64,000 nucleotides of DNA, taken from Felis catus. Lineage: Eukaryota. Every line of letters begins with the position of its first letter. The first letter of the stretch is position 1. Positions 1 to 11,636 of this stretch are shown piece by piece. The translations under genes and the position numbers were made by a program. The stretch is taken from contig NC_058369.1 of assembly GCF_018350175.1 (NCBI RefSeq), positions 684,001-748,000 on the forward strand, written 5' to 3'. The notes beneath the pieces are model-generated. The model searched no databases. It worked only from the letters and a program-made list of their open reading frames with translations, and was not told where the DNA came from.

Positions 1-59
1 TGGCAAAAATGAGGCCAGGCCCCAGAGATGTCCCCCACGCCCTGCCCTTGTGGCTCTGG

Positions 60-220
60 CTCTTTCTCCACGTGTCCCCCCACCGTGGGTCTCTCCACTC
101 GTCTCTGTCTCTCTGTTTTTGTCCTTGCGTTTCTTTCTCTGACTCTGAACCTCCTTTGTGTTTCTCTCCATCTGCGTGGTCTCTTTCACTTGGTCTTGGT
201 TTCCGTCTGTCTCTCTGCGT
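60..220. repeat. CT-rich low-complexity tract
   Basis: TCTCTGTCTCTCTG-type degenerate repeats. Confidence 0.6.
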
Positions 221-3200
221 CAGACCCACTGGGACGCGCTTTTAACAGGCACGCAGACACCGTCCCCGGCTCTCCCGCCCTGTGATCTGCGCCCCCTTCC
301 CACAGCTCTGAGCGATTTTTCGAGCTTCAAAAGGCACGTTAATTACTCTAATGAGGTCAGGAGAGACCCCGCGCTCTGCCATCCGGAGCTGGGAACACAC
401 TGCCTGTCCCCCGGCCGCCGCGCGCCCACCCCAGTCCGGGCAGGGTGGGTGCGCTGCCCGCTTCCCGGCCCTCATGCCTGTCAGCAGCGGTCTCCGCGCC
501 CCCCCCCCCGCCCCCCCAGCGTTAGTGCCGGGTAACCGGCAGCCCCCGCCCGCCGAGGTTAATGCACTGTTAGCAGGAAGTTCTCAGCGGCTAAAAGCCA
601 GGAGAGGGGCCCGTCAGCCCGGGATGAAAGGGGGGCTCCTGTGTGCACGCGGGCGAGCGCGGGAGGGGCTTCCTGTGCTCACAGGCAGGCCCGGTACACG
701 GCGCAGACGCTCACGTGTGGGAGGCACACGGGACGTGCACATGCACTCGTGTTCGCACACGGGGGTCACCGCAGCGGGTCCCTAGCCTGTGCCAGGTCGG
801 GGGGTCCAGACCCACGGCCCAGGCCCCTCCCGGCCCCTCCCGGTACCTCGATTGCCCCGCAGGCCACCACACATGCTGGACGCGGCCAGCGGCCGGGTTG
901 GAGACTCGGACGACTCGCTGTGCAGCTTGAGACCCGGCCCGACCCCGGCCTGAGTCGCCCGTCTGGGAAACAGGGACAGGTGGGAGCTGGGCCCGCGTCG
1001 GCGGTCAAGGCGGGGCGTCTTCCCGGGACCTGGGGGGCTCCTCTGCTGGCTCCACTCTTTGCGCCTGCTGCGCGGGGAGGAGTGGGGCCTCTGAAGCCCA
1101 CCAGAGCCGGAGCGGCAGCTACATTCGGTCCCATTGGTTGTTCAGTGAGACGCTTCCGCCACGCGGTTTTAGCTTCTTCCCTGGCACTGCGGCCTCTGAA
1201 GGTGCAAGGGTGTCGGACACTGACCCCCAGCCGTGGGGACTCGCCCTGCGGGCCAGGGGTCGGCCGGCGGCAGGCAGCAGGTGCTGGACCAGGGGTGACA
1301 GACACAGGCTAGGAGCCAAGTCTGAGCTTGGCCTTGGCAGGACCCTCCCCAAGTCTGGAGCAGACCCCCCAGCCCGAGAGTGCAGAGCAGGGTGGACAGG
1401 GGCAGACCCCATCGGAGACCCTGTCCTGGATCTGAGCCCAGGGCTGACAGCCGACCCTGAATGACCCCTGACTTTCACTGAGCCTTGAACCCCAGACTGA
1501 CCCCTGTCCCCAGAGTAAACCTGATCTCTGACCCTTGACTCCAGAGGAAGCTTACTCCAGAATGACCCCTGGTCCCAGCTGACCCCCCCCCCCACACACA
1601 CACACACTGGCTGTGCCTGGAGGCTGGGGTGGCTACTGGCCCTGGGAGCGGACAGGGCCTCCTAGGTGCCCACAGTGCCCCCCCCGCCCCCCCGCGGGGC
1701 AGGAGTCCCCTGGAGCAGCGGGTCCTGTGCCCCCACCCCCACCTTGCCTGGGGCCAGGCCTTGGAGCTGCCCTGCCCTCCCCTCCCCAGGGCCCCGCCTC
1801 CAGGAGCGGCCGGCGGGCGCAGGGAGGTTGAATGGGGGACGCGCGCCTTTGTTCCTGTCCCTGCTCTGGCTCTGACCTTGAGAGAGAGACAAGAACAGAA
1901 GGAAAACAGAGCTTCGGCTCAAATCCGCCCGGCAGCGGCAGTGGCGTGGCGGCTCTTGCCTTGGTGGCCCCTGCATGCAAATGAGCAGCCCCATTGCTGG
2001 GCCTTCGCCGCGGCGAGGCGTTCTCCCTGTGTGGCGTGCCCTTTCTGTTTCCCTTACCTCCTGCAGGCTCACGTCCTGCTGCCTTTGACAGAGGAGACCC
2101 CAGCCCCAACTGTGAGGTCCCATCAAGTGGGACAACAGTGGGAGCTTCCAGAAGGCGGGACACTGGGCTGGGCCAGGCCCGCTGGCGCCCCTGGGCTTGT
2201 GGCTCCACCTCCGTAGCTGTGCAAGGGGGACGTCCTCACTGGGGGCCACCACCACCCTTGTGCTCTCCAAAGGGCCAGACCCGTCATCCTGGGCTGAGCT
2301 GCTGGAAGCCCAGGCCCTCACGCCAGGGGTATCCGGAGAGTCGATTTGAAGGGCCAGCCCTGGGACTCGGGTACCCACAGTCAGGTAAGAGAACAACACC
2401 CAGGACAGGCAGGCTGAGTTCTCCAGGGGACAGAGGACCGAGAACCTCCTCGTGGTGGGGGCAGGGGTGGGGGCGGGGGCGGCACCGGCAGGGACCGGCC
2501 TTGATGGATGATCAGCATTTGAATGGCACGAAAAAGGGAGGTACTCTCAGGGCACAGCCCGAGCAAAGGTTGGGAAGGGGTGGGGGGGAGAAACTCGGGC
2601 GTCGTGTGGCGTGTGCCCCCCAACACCCTGGAGGTACGTGGCTGGCGTGGGCCCATCCACTTTGCTGGGGTGAAGGTTGGTTTGCCGGTCTCGGGCCTCT
2701 AATGGTTCCTGTTACGAGGACCTGCAACATTCCCTCCCGTGGGGACCTTCTAGTTCAAGGGCCCTGGTCTCACTCTCACCAGGCCTGGGCAAGTGAAACA
2801 AATCCAGAGAGGTGGACCCCAGCTGGGCACCACTGGCAGTTTCCAGCCGGCACTTGGTGACAGGGTACCTCTATAAACTCAGAGTCCGGTGACAGAGGCT
2901 GTGGCATGCATAAGACCGAGAAATGAAGGAACAGGCCCCCAGTGAGCTCCCCAGGAGTGACCACTCTGGGCCTCCGCTGAAGCCGTGCACGGTGCCCAGG
3001 TGCCCTTCTCTGTCTTGCTCCGGGGTCGGATTTCATCTGTGTATGGGCTTCATCTGCTGTTGGCCTGGATCCTACCTTGGGCGGCTTGGATCCCACCCTG
3101 AGTGGCTCGGGCGGATCCCTTGTGTAGTGGGCACCTGTTCTGTGCCCCCCACGCTCAGGAGCTGAAGCAGAGACTCTTGCTCCATTTCCCAGGAGAGGAA

Positions 3201-3499
3201 ACAGAGGCCCACAGAGGACAAGTGACTGCCCTGAGGTCCCCCAGGGAGGCGGTGGTGGACCAGCCTTTGGACTCGGGCCAGCACGTGCCGAAAACACCTG
3301 CCCAGGAGGAACAGGGAGGCATGAAGCTGGTTAGCTCGCCTAGGTTAGGATTTGGGGTCTGGGTTGGAATGACTGAATGACGGCGGGACGGAGACGGGGT
3401 GAGTCGTCTCTGTGCCTCCTCCTGTCCCGGGGGCCAGGCTCCACAGACCGCCTTGCTGTCCTGAGGGAGAGGAGCGCAGGGGACCCTTGTGAGGATGAT

Positions 3500-4720
3500 G
3501 GGGGCGGTGGTGGTGGCTCGAGGCCCCCCGGAGTTGGGCGTCTCCGGGGGGCCGGGGGAGGGCAGGACCCCAGGGCTGCCCACGGCAGGCAGCCCCACCG
3601 GGAGGGACGAGGGACGAGTCGGGGACGGTCTGGCCCGGGGTGGGGGGGGGGGTGGGCGCGGCGGAGGCAGGAGGGGGGCCATCCCCCCACCCCCGCCCGG
3701 CCCCCGCGTGGCCGGGGCACGGCAGGAGGGGGCGCCCGCGGCCCTCCCGGCGCTCGGGCGGGACAAAGGCCGGAGCCCCAGCCCCTCCCCGGCGGCTGCG
3801 GCGGCGGCCCGCGCTGCGAGAGTCCGCGCGGCCGGGGGGCCGGCGCCCGGGGAGGACCCCCGGCGCCCCGCCCGCCCGCCCGCCGCCTGCCTTCTCGGCG
3901 CCCGAGGTCGCGCGCGCACGGGCGGGGGGGGGGGGGCGGCCGGGGATCTCCAAGCGCCGGCGCGCCCTCCTCCCGCCCGCCCCGAGCCCGCCCGCTCGGC
4001 GGCGGCGGCGGAGGAGGCGGAGACCGCTGGCAGGCGGCGGCCAGGCGAGCGCGGCGGCCGGACCGGGGCCATGGCGCCCGCGCAGCGCCCGCTGCTGCCG
4101 CTGCTGCTGCTGCTGCTGCCGCTGCCGCCGCCGCCGCCCTTCGCGCGCGCCGAGGACGCCGCCCGCGCCAACTCGGACCGCTACGCCGTCTACTGGAACC
4201 GCAGCAACCCCAGGTGAGCGCGGCCGCGCGCGGGGAGGCGGCGCCGGGGGCCCCGGGCGCCCCCCGCCCCGGCCGGGCCTCCGCGCCCCGGGCTCTGGGC
4301 GGCCCCCGAGCGCGCTCCGCCTCGGGCGCGGGGGCGGGGGGCGCCGGCGGGCCCCGGCGGGAGCCCCCAGGGAGTTCCGGCGCCCCGGAGTTCGGGGCGC
4401 TCCCGCTCCTCGTGCATCCTCCCCCCCCCCCCCCCGCACACGCGCAGGGCGCCCCACCGGACGCCCTGCGCGCCCAGAGCGCCGCCAGCCCCCGGAGTTC
4501 GGGGGGACCCTCCGAAGCTGGGCGGCCCCGAGTTCCTTTCCCGGACTTGGGGGTCCCCCATCCTGGGGCCTCTCCGGGGACGCCTGCCGGCGTCGGAGTT
4601 CGTGGAGATCCCCCGGGGAACCTCATCGCTGAACTGTGCCGGGTGGGGGACCGCGGCCTCCCCCTCCCCCTGGGGCAAGGGGTCCGTGGGCGCGTCCTGC
4701 GGGTGGGTCCCCACGTGAAC
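3500..4720. promoter_or_regulatory. CpG-island promoter of EFNA2
   Basis: Extremely GC- and CpG-dense, GC boxes, spans exon 1, no evident TATA box. Confidence 0.9.
4071..4213 (+). CDS. EFNA2: Ephrin-A2 coding exon 1 (signal peptide and start of ephrin domain)
   Basis: GGGGCC-ATG-G Kozak context; encodes MAPAQRPLLPLLLLLLPLPPPPPFARAEDAARANSDRYAVYWNRSNP(R); donor CAG|GTGAGC at 4214, phase 2. Confidence 0.98.
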
Positions 4721-6429
4721 TCGGGGAAGTTGATCTGTTCCTCCCTACCAAACCAGGACCGTCTTCGCTCCAGGGGGCCCAAGGTCCTAGCTTTGTAGAG
4801 GTGGGGAGACTGAGGCACCCAGGAGCGGTCCTGGGAGTCTTGGCCCGGTGGCATCCTCTCCCGTCCTCCTGGTGCTGATGGGGAAACTGAGGCACAGAAT
4901 GCACGCGTGGCTGGCTCAAGGTCACGGTGAGGGGAGAGGAGCGGAGGTGGGGACCCAGGTGGCCTCGTGCCCAGCCTGCTACGCCTGGCTGCGGTGTCCT
5001 GCCCGCCCGCACAACCCCTTCGGCGCCCAGCGCTAAGTGCAATTTGGGGGGCAGCCGGAGTTCTGGCTAATCCGACTGAGAAAAGTTTGCTGGTAACTGA
5101 CCGTGTCCTGGACATCTGCAGAAGCCTCTGGGCCGTCGCCGGCTCTCCAAGGCCGGGGGGCCCACGGGAGATGGGGTTTGGAGGCCAGCACTCCGAGGGG
5201 TCAGCCCCAGCACCCAGGCTCCCACGGCGTTCCCAGGGCCGGCTGGGCTGCGCATGGGAGTGAGGAGGCCAGCCTCTCTGCTTCCTGTGCCTCTGCCACT
5301 GGTCACTTTCTCTCCCTTTCAAGTGCCGGTCAAGACACCCTCACTGTCCTCTGCCATCCCGTTACTGTCGGGCAGAAAGTTGCATAAAGGGCAGTCTTTG
5401 AGGCAGGCTCTGGGACAAGGGTAACCACTGTCCTGCCGTGGGGGGCAGGGAGCGCACCCAGACGCCCCCCTCAGTTGCTCAGCTGTGGGGTTGGGCCCCA
5501 GGGCTGAGGGCAGAGACCCCGGGCTGCACAGGGACAGTCAGGCCACCGCGGAGCGGGTTCCCTGGCCGCCTTGCCCTGCTGGTCACATGTGGGTTTGATT
5601 AAGGCTCTTCCCTGCGGCCGAGCGGGGGAGCCCAGCGGGCAGCGCCTCCCCGGCCCAAGTTTTTGGTTTCAGCTTTGGAATCTCCGTCCCAGGCATGGCC
5701 TGTCCTTTGTTCTAGCAAACGCCAAACACACGAGGAGCCTCGAATGGGGACGGAAGGGGGTGGTTGGGGCTGCCTGCCGCCCCACCTGCCACAGGGCTGT
5801 GGACAGGATCCCGGCCGGGGGGACGAGGCAGCCCCAGGTGCCCGGCTCTGGCCTCACACCCGAGCGCCTCCTGCTGCTGACCTGACAGTCCTGTTCCGAC
5901 CAGCTGCCCGAGGGCCTCGGTGGCCCAGGGACCTCTCGGGAGGTTCGCTGCCTGGGGCCGGCTGGCCTGGAACCTGCAGCCGGTGACAGGGTGCGTGTCG
6001 GACACGGGAGGAGGGGCGGTGTCGGGCCTTGGGTCCAAGGGCACCCAGGAATGGTGATTTCCCCGGAGGCGGCTGCCCAGGGCAGAGGTGCAGGGTCCGC
6101 GAGCAGGCCTGGAGCTGGCAGCAGTCCCGCGGGTAGAGACCCGGCTGGGTTAGTAACGGATCAGTGCGGCGGCAGGTGGAGGAGATGGGGGGGGTGCCCA
6201 AGAGAAGGGGCGCACACAAAAGGCACAGCAGGGAAGGGGTCAGAGCGAGGGCTGGGCACACTTGGGTGGGGGGACAGGCGGTCGTGCAGGAGCTGGAGGG
6301 ACGGACGGGTGTGCTCACGTGGGGAACGGACAGGCAGTGCCGCGGTGAGGCCGGCCACGCGTGCCCGGCCCGGCCTGGTACCTGCACCAAGGTAGTAAGT
6401 ATGTGGCTCTGTTTTCCCAGTCACATCCT

Positions 6430-7390
6430 CCTGCGCGCAGCGCATTTCCTGCGCACACGCGGCTGGTGGACGTGGCCGAGCGAGCCCCGCACCCACCGTC
6501 ACCGCCGCGGCAGGGTGGGGCCCTGCTGTCCCGGTCAGCCACCCGCAGGCGGGTCACCCCCGCAGGCCGGCCGCGCGCCGCCTCCTCCCTGGTCCTTGCA
6601 CCTGTCCGCGGCCGGGTGGGGCTGGGCCCTCCGGCGGGCCGCGTGTGCAGCCGCGGGGGGCTCGTGCTGTGTGCGGAAGGTCGGTGGGGCCTCCGGCTCA
6701 GGCTTCCGCGTCTCCGCCTGTGTCGCCGCGTGCACTCGCGTGCTTTTTCCCGCGGCGTGCAGGGGTCACTCACACACACGCCTGCGTGGCAGGGTGACGC
6801 ATGTGCCTCCCGGCTCTGGCATGTTTGCACACGCGTGTGCGTGATTGTGCCAGAGTGCGTGCACGTGTTCGCACGGCGCGTCTGCGCGTGGAATGCGCGT
6901 GCCCGGGGGTGCGCGTGCCCGTCTGCGTGTGCATGTCTGCACCGGGGAGGACGGGGGGGGGGGGGCCTGTGTGTGTGTGTGTGCGTGCGGGGGGCGCACA
7001 CGTGTGTCTTTAGCACATCTGTGAGCGGAGTGCACGCGTGTGGCTGCGCGTGCGGCCCGGCCCCGGCCGTCCCAGGGCCCCCGGTGAGGGGGCGGACGGT
7101 TCCGGCGATGGCGGCCCGGCTGGCTGTCCTCCTCTGTCCCTTCCTCGCCGGGGGACTGTGCAGGGCGCCCGCTGTCCCCGAGTCCCCCACCCGAGTGGCG
7201 AGCGCGGGCCTGCACGTGCGCGGTGGCGCCGATGCAGGCGGGGGCTGTGGGCCCGGAACCCACCCGCACCGGGCGGCTCGGGGCCGCGGGAGCCTCCGAA
7301 GGCGGTTGCGTGTGCTTCCGCGTGTGGGGGTGCAGATAGGAAAATGGCGACCGAAGAGGGTCTTTCCCACGGTGGAGGCGTCGGGCCTCC
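6430..7390. promoter_or_regulatory. Intron 1 CpG island with alternating purine-pyrimidine tracts
   Basis: Dense CpG; (GT)n and GCGCGT tracts; NRF1-like TGCGCGCA near 6433; YY1-like AAAATGGCG at 7341. Confidence 0.65.
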
Positions 7391-9934
7391 CTGGTCCCCG
7401 TGGCGCTGCAGCCCTGCCCGGGGCCTGGGGAGAAGTGGCTTTGCACGGGTGATAACATATTTTGATGTACGAGGGTTTTTGGTTTTGTTCGAGAGAGGTC
7501 AGTCTGCCTGGCTTTCAGAGCTTGGAGGGCGAGACCGCTTGGGTCTGGGCACCCGGGGCCGAGGGTGGGGCCCGGGGGTGCCGCGAGGAGCCCGGGCACG
7601 AGCTCAGGCAGGCGGCTTGGCCGCCGGGAGCCTCCGCGTCTCCGTAAGTGGGGGCCGACAGGTGTGGCGGTCAGCAGACGGTGGCAGGGCCCTTGTGGCC
7701 CCGGCGTGACCCCAGGGGCTCAGAGGTCCCCGACAGAGAGGGGAACCGAGGCAGCTCCTGCGGGTGAACACAGGGGCTTCTGGGGCTGGACCCCAAATCT
7801 GCATGGTCAGCGACGGTCCAGCCCGAAGGACAGGGGGAGAAACAGCTGAGGGGGCTGGGGGGGGGCAGTTCTGAGGGCCGCCCCCACCCCCCACCACCGC
7901 GGGCCTGGGCAACTTCTGTCCGGGTCTGCCTCTGGGGTCTGTCTGATGGGAGCCGGGCCTTCCCCGTCCCCAGCCTCGGTGCCTCCCCTTGGGGCGCTGT
8001 GCCTGTGTTGGCTCTGGCAGCTCTGACCTCCGGGCCCCCCCAGACGTCTCCGTGAGGTCTGCGGGCCCCTCGGGGTCACCCGTGGACGTGGTTCTTGGGG
8101 CAGCACATGCGTTCAGGGGGTCTGGGGGGCAGTGTTTCTGAGGGCCCGGCCGTCTCCTTCCATCGGCCTAAGCCAGGCCCGCACCCCTCTCCTTACCCTC
8201 AGGAGCGGGAGACGCGGCCAGCCTTGCCCCGTGGCGTGGTTTTGGGGGGACTTCTCTCCTTTGGAGATGGGTCCAGGGGGAGGGCTCGGCTGTGCCCCCC
8301 CCACAGCCCCGGACCCCGTGCCACGTCTGTGCCTCCACACGGATGACAGCTAGGTGCACCGGCACAGCTCGGTCCCCACCCCAGCCACACCTTGGCAGGC
8401 CAGCCCTGGCCGGGGTCTCGCCCCCATGCCTGCTCTCTCGCGCCCTGGGGGCTCGGCCGCCACGCCTCGGTCGGTCGCCCTGTCGGACCTGGGGATTTTG
8501 GTTTCAAGCGGCTCCGTTCACTACACGAGCCAAGTGGCCCCCTCGGCCGGCCCAGCCACAGCCATGCAAACGTCCGATCTGCCCACCCCGTTATGCCTCC
8601 CTTTCGTGGACCCGGAGACGGTGACTCACCCGTGGCTCCGGGGAAGGCGGGCCGGTCGGGCTGTCCCCAGTCCTAGAGGCTGCTGCGTCCAAGGCCGGCT
8701 AAGGACACTGGGGGGTGGGGGCGGGGGGGGCCAGGACAGCCACGTCCTGTGTGCTGCTGACCCCGGGGCCCAGAGGCGGGGCTGACCTCTGGCTTCAGCT
8801 CCGGGGTCGGGTCGTTGCTTCAGTTACCCACCCCCTCCGCACACACCCTCCCCGAGGCTGACCCCGCACCACCTGGGGGCCCGGGTTTCTCTGAGGCTCC
8901 CCCCAGCACCGGAGCTCCCCACCCCCCCCCCCCCGCCCCTCGCCGCAGCAGAAGGAAGGTGGCCAGGCCTCAGGTGGAGGAATGTCTTCTCGACCCCTCA
9001 GAAAGCTGGGGGTGCGTGCCGAGGTCTTGGGCCTCGCCGGGGATGGCGGTGAGGAGGGGCTGACCCTGCCCCGGCCTGGGCCTTGGGACCCTGCTGCCCA
9101 CCCAGGGCCCGCCTGGGTGTGTCCTTCCCTGGGGTCTTGGTCACTAGGCGGCGTGACTGGGTTCAGACCAGGGAGCTGGTCCCCAGTGCTGGCGCCTCAC
9201 CTCTGCCTCAACTTCTAGTCTGGGGGGGGTGGCACAGCCCTCCCCACTCCCATTTTGGGCGAGACTCCTAATTAGTTGCTTTGCTATTAGCGTCTAATGA
9301 CTTGACAATGGCCCGATTGGAGCTAATTAGCCGCGCGGGGGGCGGCTGCGGGGGTAGGGGTGGGTTTGGCGGGCAGGGTCGGGTCCGCCAGGGGCTGGGA
9401 GGGCTGCCTGGAGGAGTGCACGTTGGCAGGCAGCCGGCAGGGTGAACGAGAGTGGGGGTGAAGGTGTGGCACGGGAGGGGAAGGGCTGTACGTCTGAAAG
9501 CCTCAGGAGCCCTCTGTCTGGGAACCCGTCCCAAGTCAGTCATTAACCCCTTAGTGAGAGTTTTTATCTCTCTCTGTTGCTCCCGTGGAGCATTTGCATA
9601 TCAGGCTTCCTCACTAATGTACAAAATGAAAGCTTTGTCTTGCTTGCACCGGCTTGGTTTTGGGGTTGGGCCCTTCCCCCGCACAGGCGCCACCCTGAGT
9701 AGGGGCCAGGCGCCCGCCCCTGGTTTGCCCGCCAACTTGGACCGGGAAATGCCAAGGCAGCAAGGCCATCGCTATTTTAGAGCCGGGGAGGGGAAAACAA
9801 TGGTCCGCTTAGGCAGCTAGAGCTGGAGGGGCGGGGGCTTCTTCTGGGACGCACCTGCCGGGGGTCCTCACTCCATGTGGGGGTCACTGTCTGCTCCCTG
9901 TGACTCCGGCGCCTCAAAGACCTTGAATCTTTGG

Positions 9935-10500
9935 CCTTTGTTTGATCAACAAACGTGTGGAGGCACTGTGCACGAGGCCTGTGCCGGCGGTGAGGGAAAG
10001 GGGCGGAGGAGGAGGCTGGCCCCCAGGGTCCGGGGTGGGGGGGGGCGGACAGCAGACAGTGTAAAGGTAAAAATATGATGATGTCGGAATGAGGTACGTG
10101 ATGAGGTGGAGGAGGCGGGAGAGAGCAGGCTGGGCAGAGGAGCACATGCAAAGGCCCTGTGGTGGGAACCGGAGCAGCCAGAAGGCTGGTGTGGCTGGAG
10201 GGAGTGAGCTGGGGGCAGTTGGAGGACAACAACTCCGACAACGAGGGTGGGGACGGCGAGGCCATACGGGCCTCGTGACCCGGGAGGAGCGGGTTTTATT
10301 CTGAGTGACGGGGGAGCTCTGAGTCAGTGAGTCAGTGGGTCTGATTTACACTCAGAAAAGCGAGCCCCGGATTTGGGGAGGCCAGGAGCCTGGCCCGCCT
10401 GGCGGGGCCCAAGCATCCGGCCTCTGAGCCAGCAAAGCAGCCTCGCTTTTGGACGGTTTTCGGGAGGTTAAACGGGAGAGGAGAACGACGTTGGTCCAGT
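9935..10500 (-). mobile_element. L2 (LINE2) 3' fragment
   Basis: GCAGAGGAGCACATGCAAAGGCCCTGTGGTGGGAA...GGCTGGTGTGGCTGGAG and TTTTATTCTGAGTGA resemble the antisense L2 consensus. Confidence 0.7.
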
Positions 10501-11009
10501 GCAGGGGAGGCAGGCACCATGGAGAAGCACGGGCAGGGGTGGGGTGGGGTGGGGAGTCGGCCATGCCCCGGCAGCCCCACCCCCGAGTGCATTCGTCGTG
10601 CGAGGCTCCGCAGAGAGCTGAGTGAGCTCTTCCCTTTCAGGCTGAGCATACATCCCTGCAGCACAGGCCAGGGAGGAGAGGGGAAACTGAGGACCAGAGG
10701 GGGCCGGGGTCAGCCCAGGGGCCGGTCCTGTACCCCCCCTCCCCCACACCGTCGTCGTTTCCCCACCTCCACCTCCCCTGCAGGGTCGGGCCTGGGTGGT
10801 CCTGGCAGGCGCTTGGCCACGGCTGTCATCGATTGGCTGATCAATGGGGCTTTCGATGGGCTGGGAAGGAGCGAAAACGACTTTTGAAAAAGCCTGGAGT
10901 GGCTTTTGCATCGATCTCGCCCAAGCGGCCAGAGAACACAGCCAGTCCATGAGACACCCGTGCTTGGCCAGCCGAGGGGCAGCCCAAGGGATGGGCAGGG
11001 TCGCTGCCT

Positions 11010-11636
11010 AACCCTGCCCCAGCCTGACTCTGCTGTGAGCCTGACCCTGACTCTGCTCCAGCCTGACCCTACCCCAGCCTGACCCTGTCCCTGTCCCAGC
11101 CTGACCCTGACCCTGCTTTGAGCCTGACCCTGGTCCTGACCCTGGCCCTGCTGTGAGCCTGACCCTGACCTAGCCTGACCCTGCTGTGAGACTGACCCTG
11201 TCCCTATCCCAGCCTGATCCTGACCTTGTCCAAGCCTGACCCTGACCCTATCTCAGCCTGGCCCTGCCCCAGCCTGGCCCTGCTGTGAGCCTGACCCTGA
11301 CTCTGCTCCAGCCTGACCCTACCCCAGCCTGACCCTGTCCCTGTCCCAGCCTGACCCTGACCCTGCTTTGAGCCTGACCCTGGTCCTGACCCTGGCCCTG
11401 CTGTGAGCCTGACCCTGACTCTGCTCCAGCCTGACCCTACCCCAGCCTGACCCTGTCCCTGTCCCAGCCTGACCCTGACCCTGCTCCAGCCTGATCCTGT
11501 CCCAGCCTGGCCCTGGTATGAGCCTGACCCTGACCCTGCTTTGAGCCTGACCCTGGCCCTGACCCTGACCTAGCCTGACCCTGGTCCCAGCCTGACCCTG
11601 CTGTGAGCCTGACCCTGACCCTGTCCCAGCCTGACT
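11010..11636. repeat. Minisatellite of degenerate CCCTGA (TCAGGG) hexamers with a 118-bp higher-order unit
   Basis: 11031-11148 and 11281-11398 read identically; a partial third copy starts at 11399. Confidence 0.95.

Noticed and set aside
3340..5322. 660-aa minus-strand ORF and other long ORFs over the promoter
   Set aside because: Low-complexity Pro/Gly/Arg/Ala translations caused by stop-codon scarcity in a CpG island; no recognisable domain.
11010..11636. CRISPR-like or immunoglobulin switch-like array
   Set aside because: No unique spacers, eukaryotic context, and it lacks the dense GAGCT pentamers of switch regions; it is a minisatellite.
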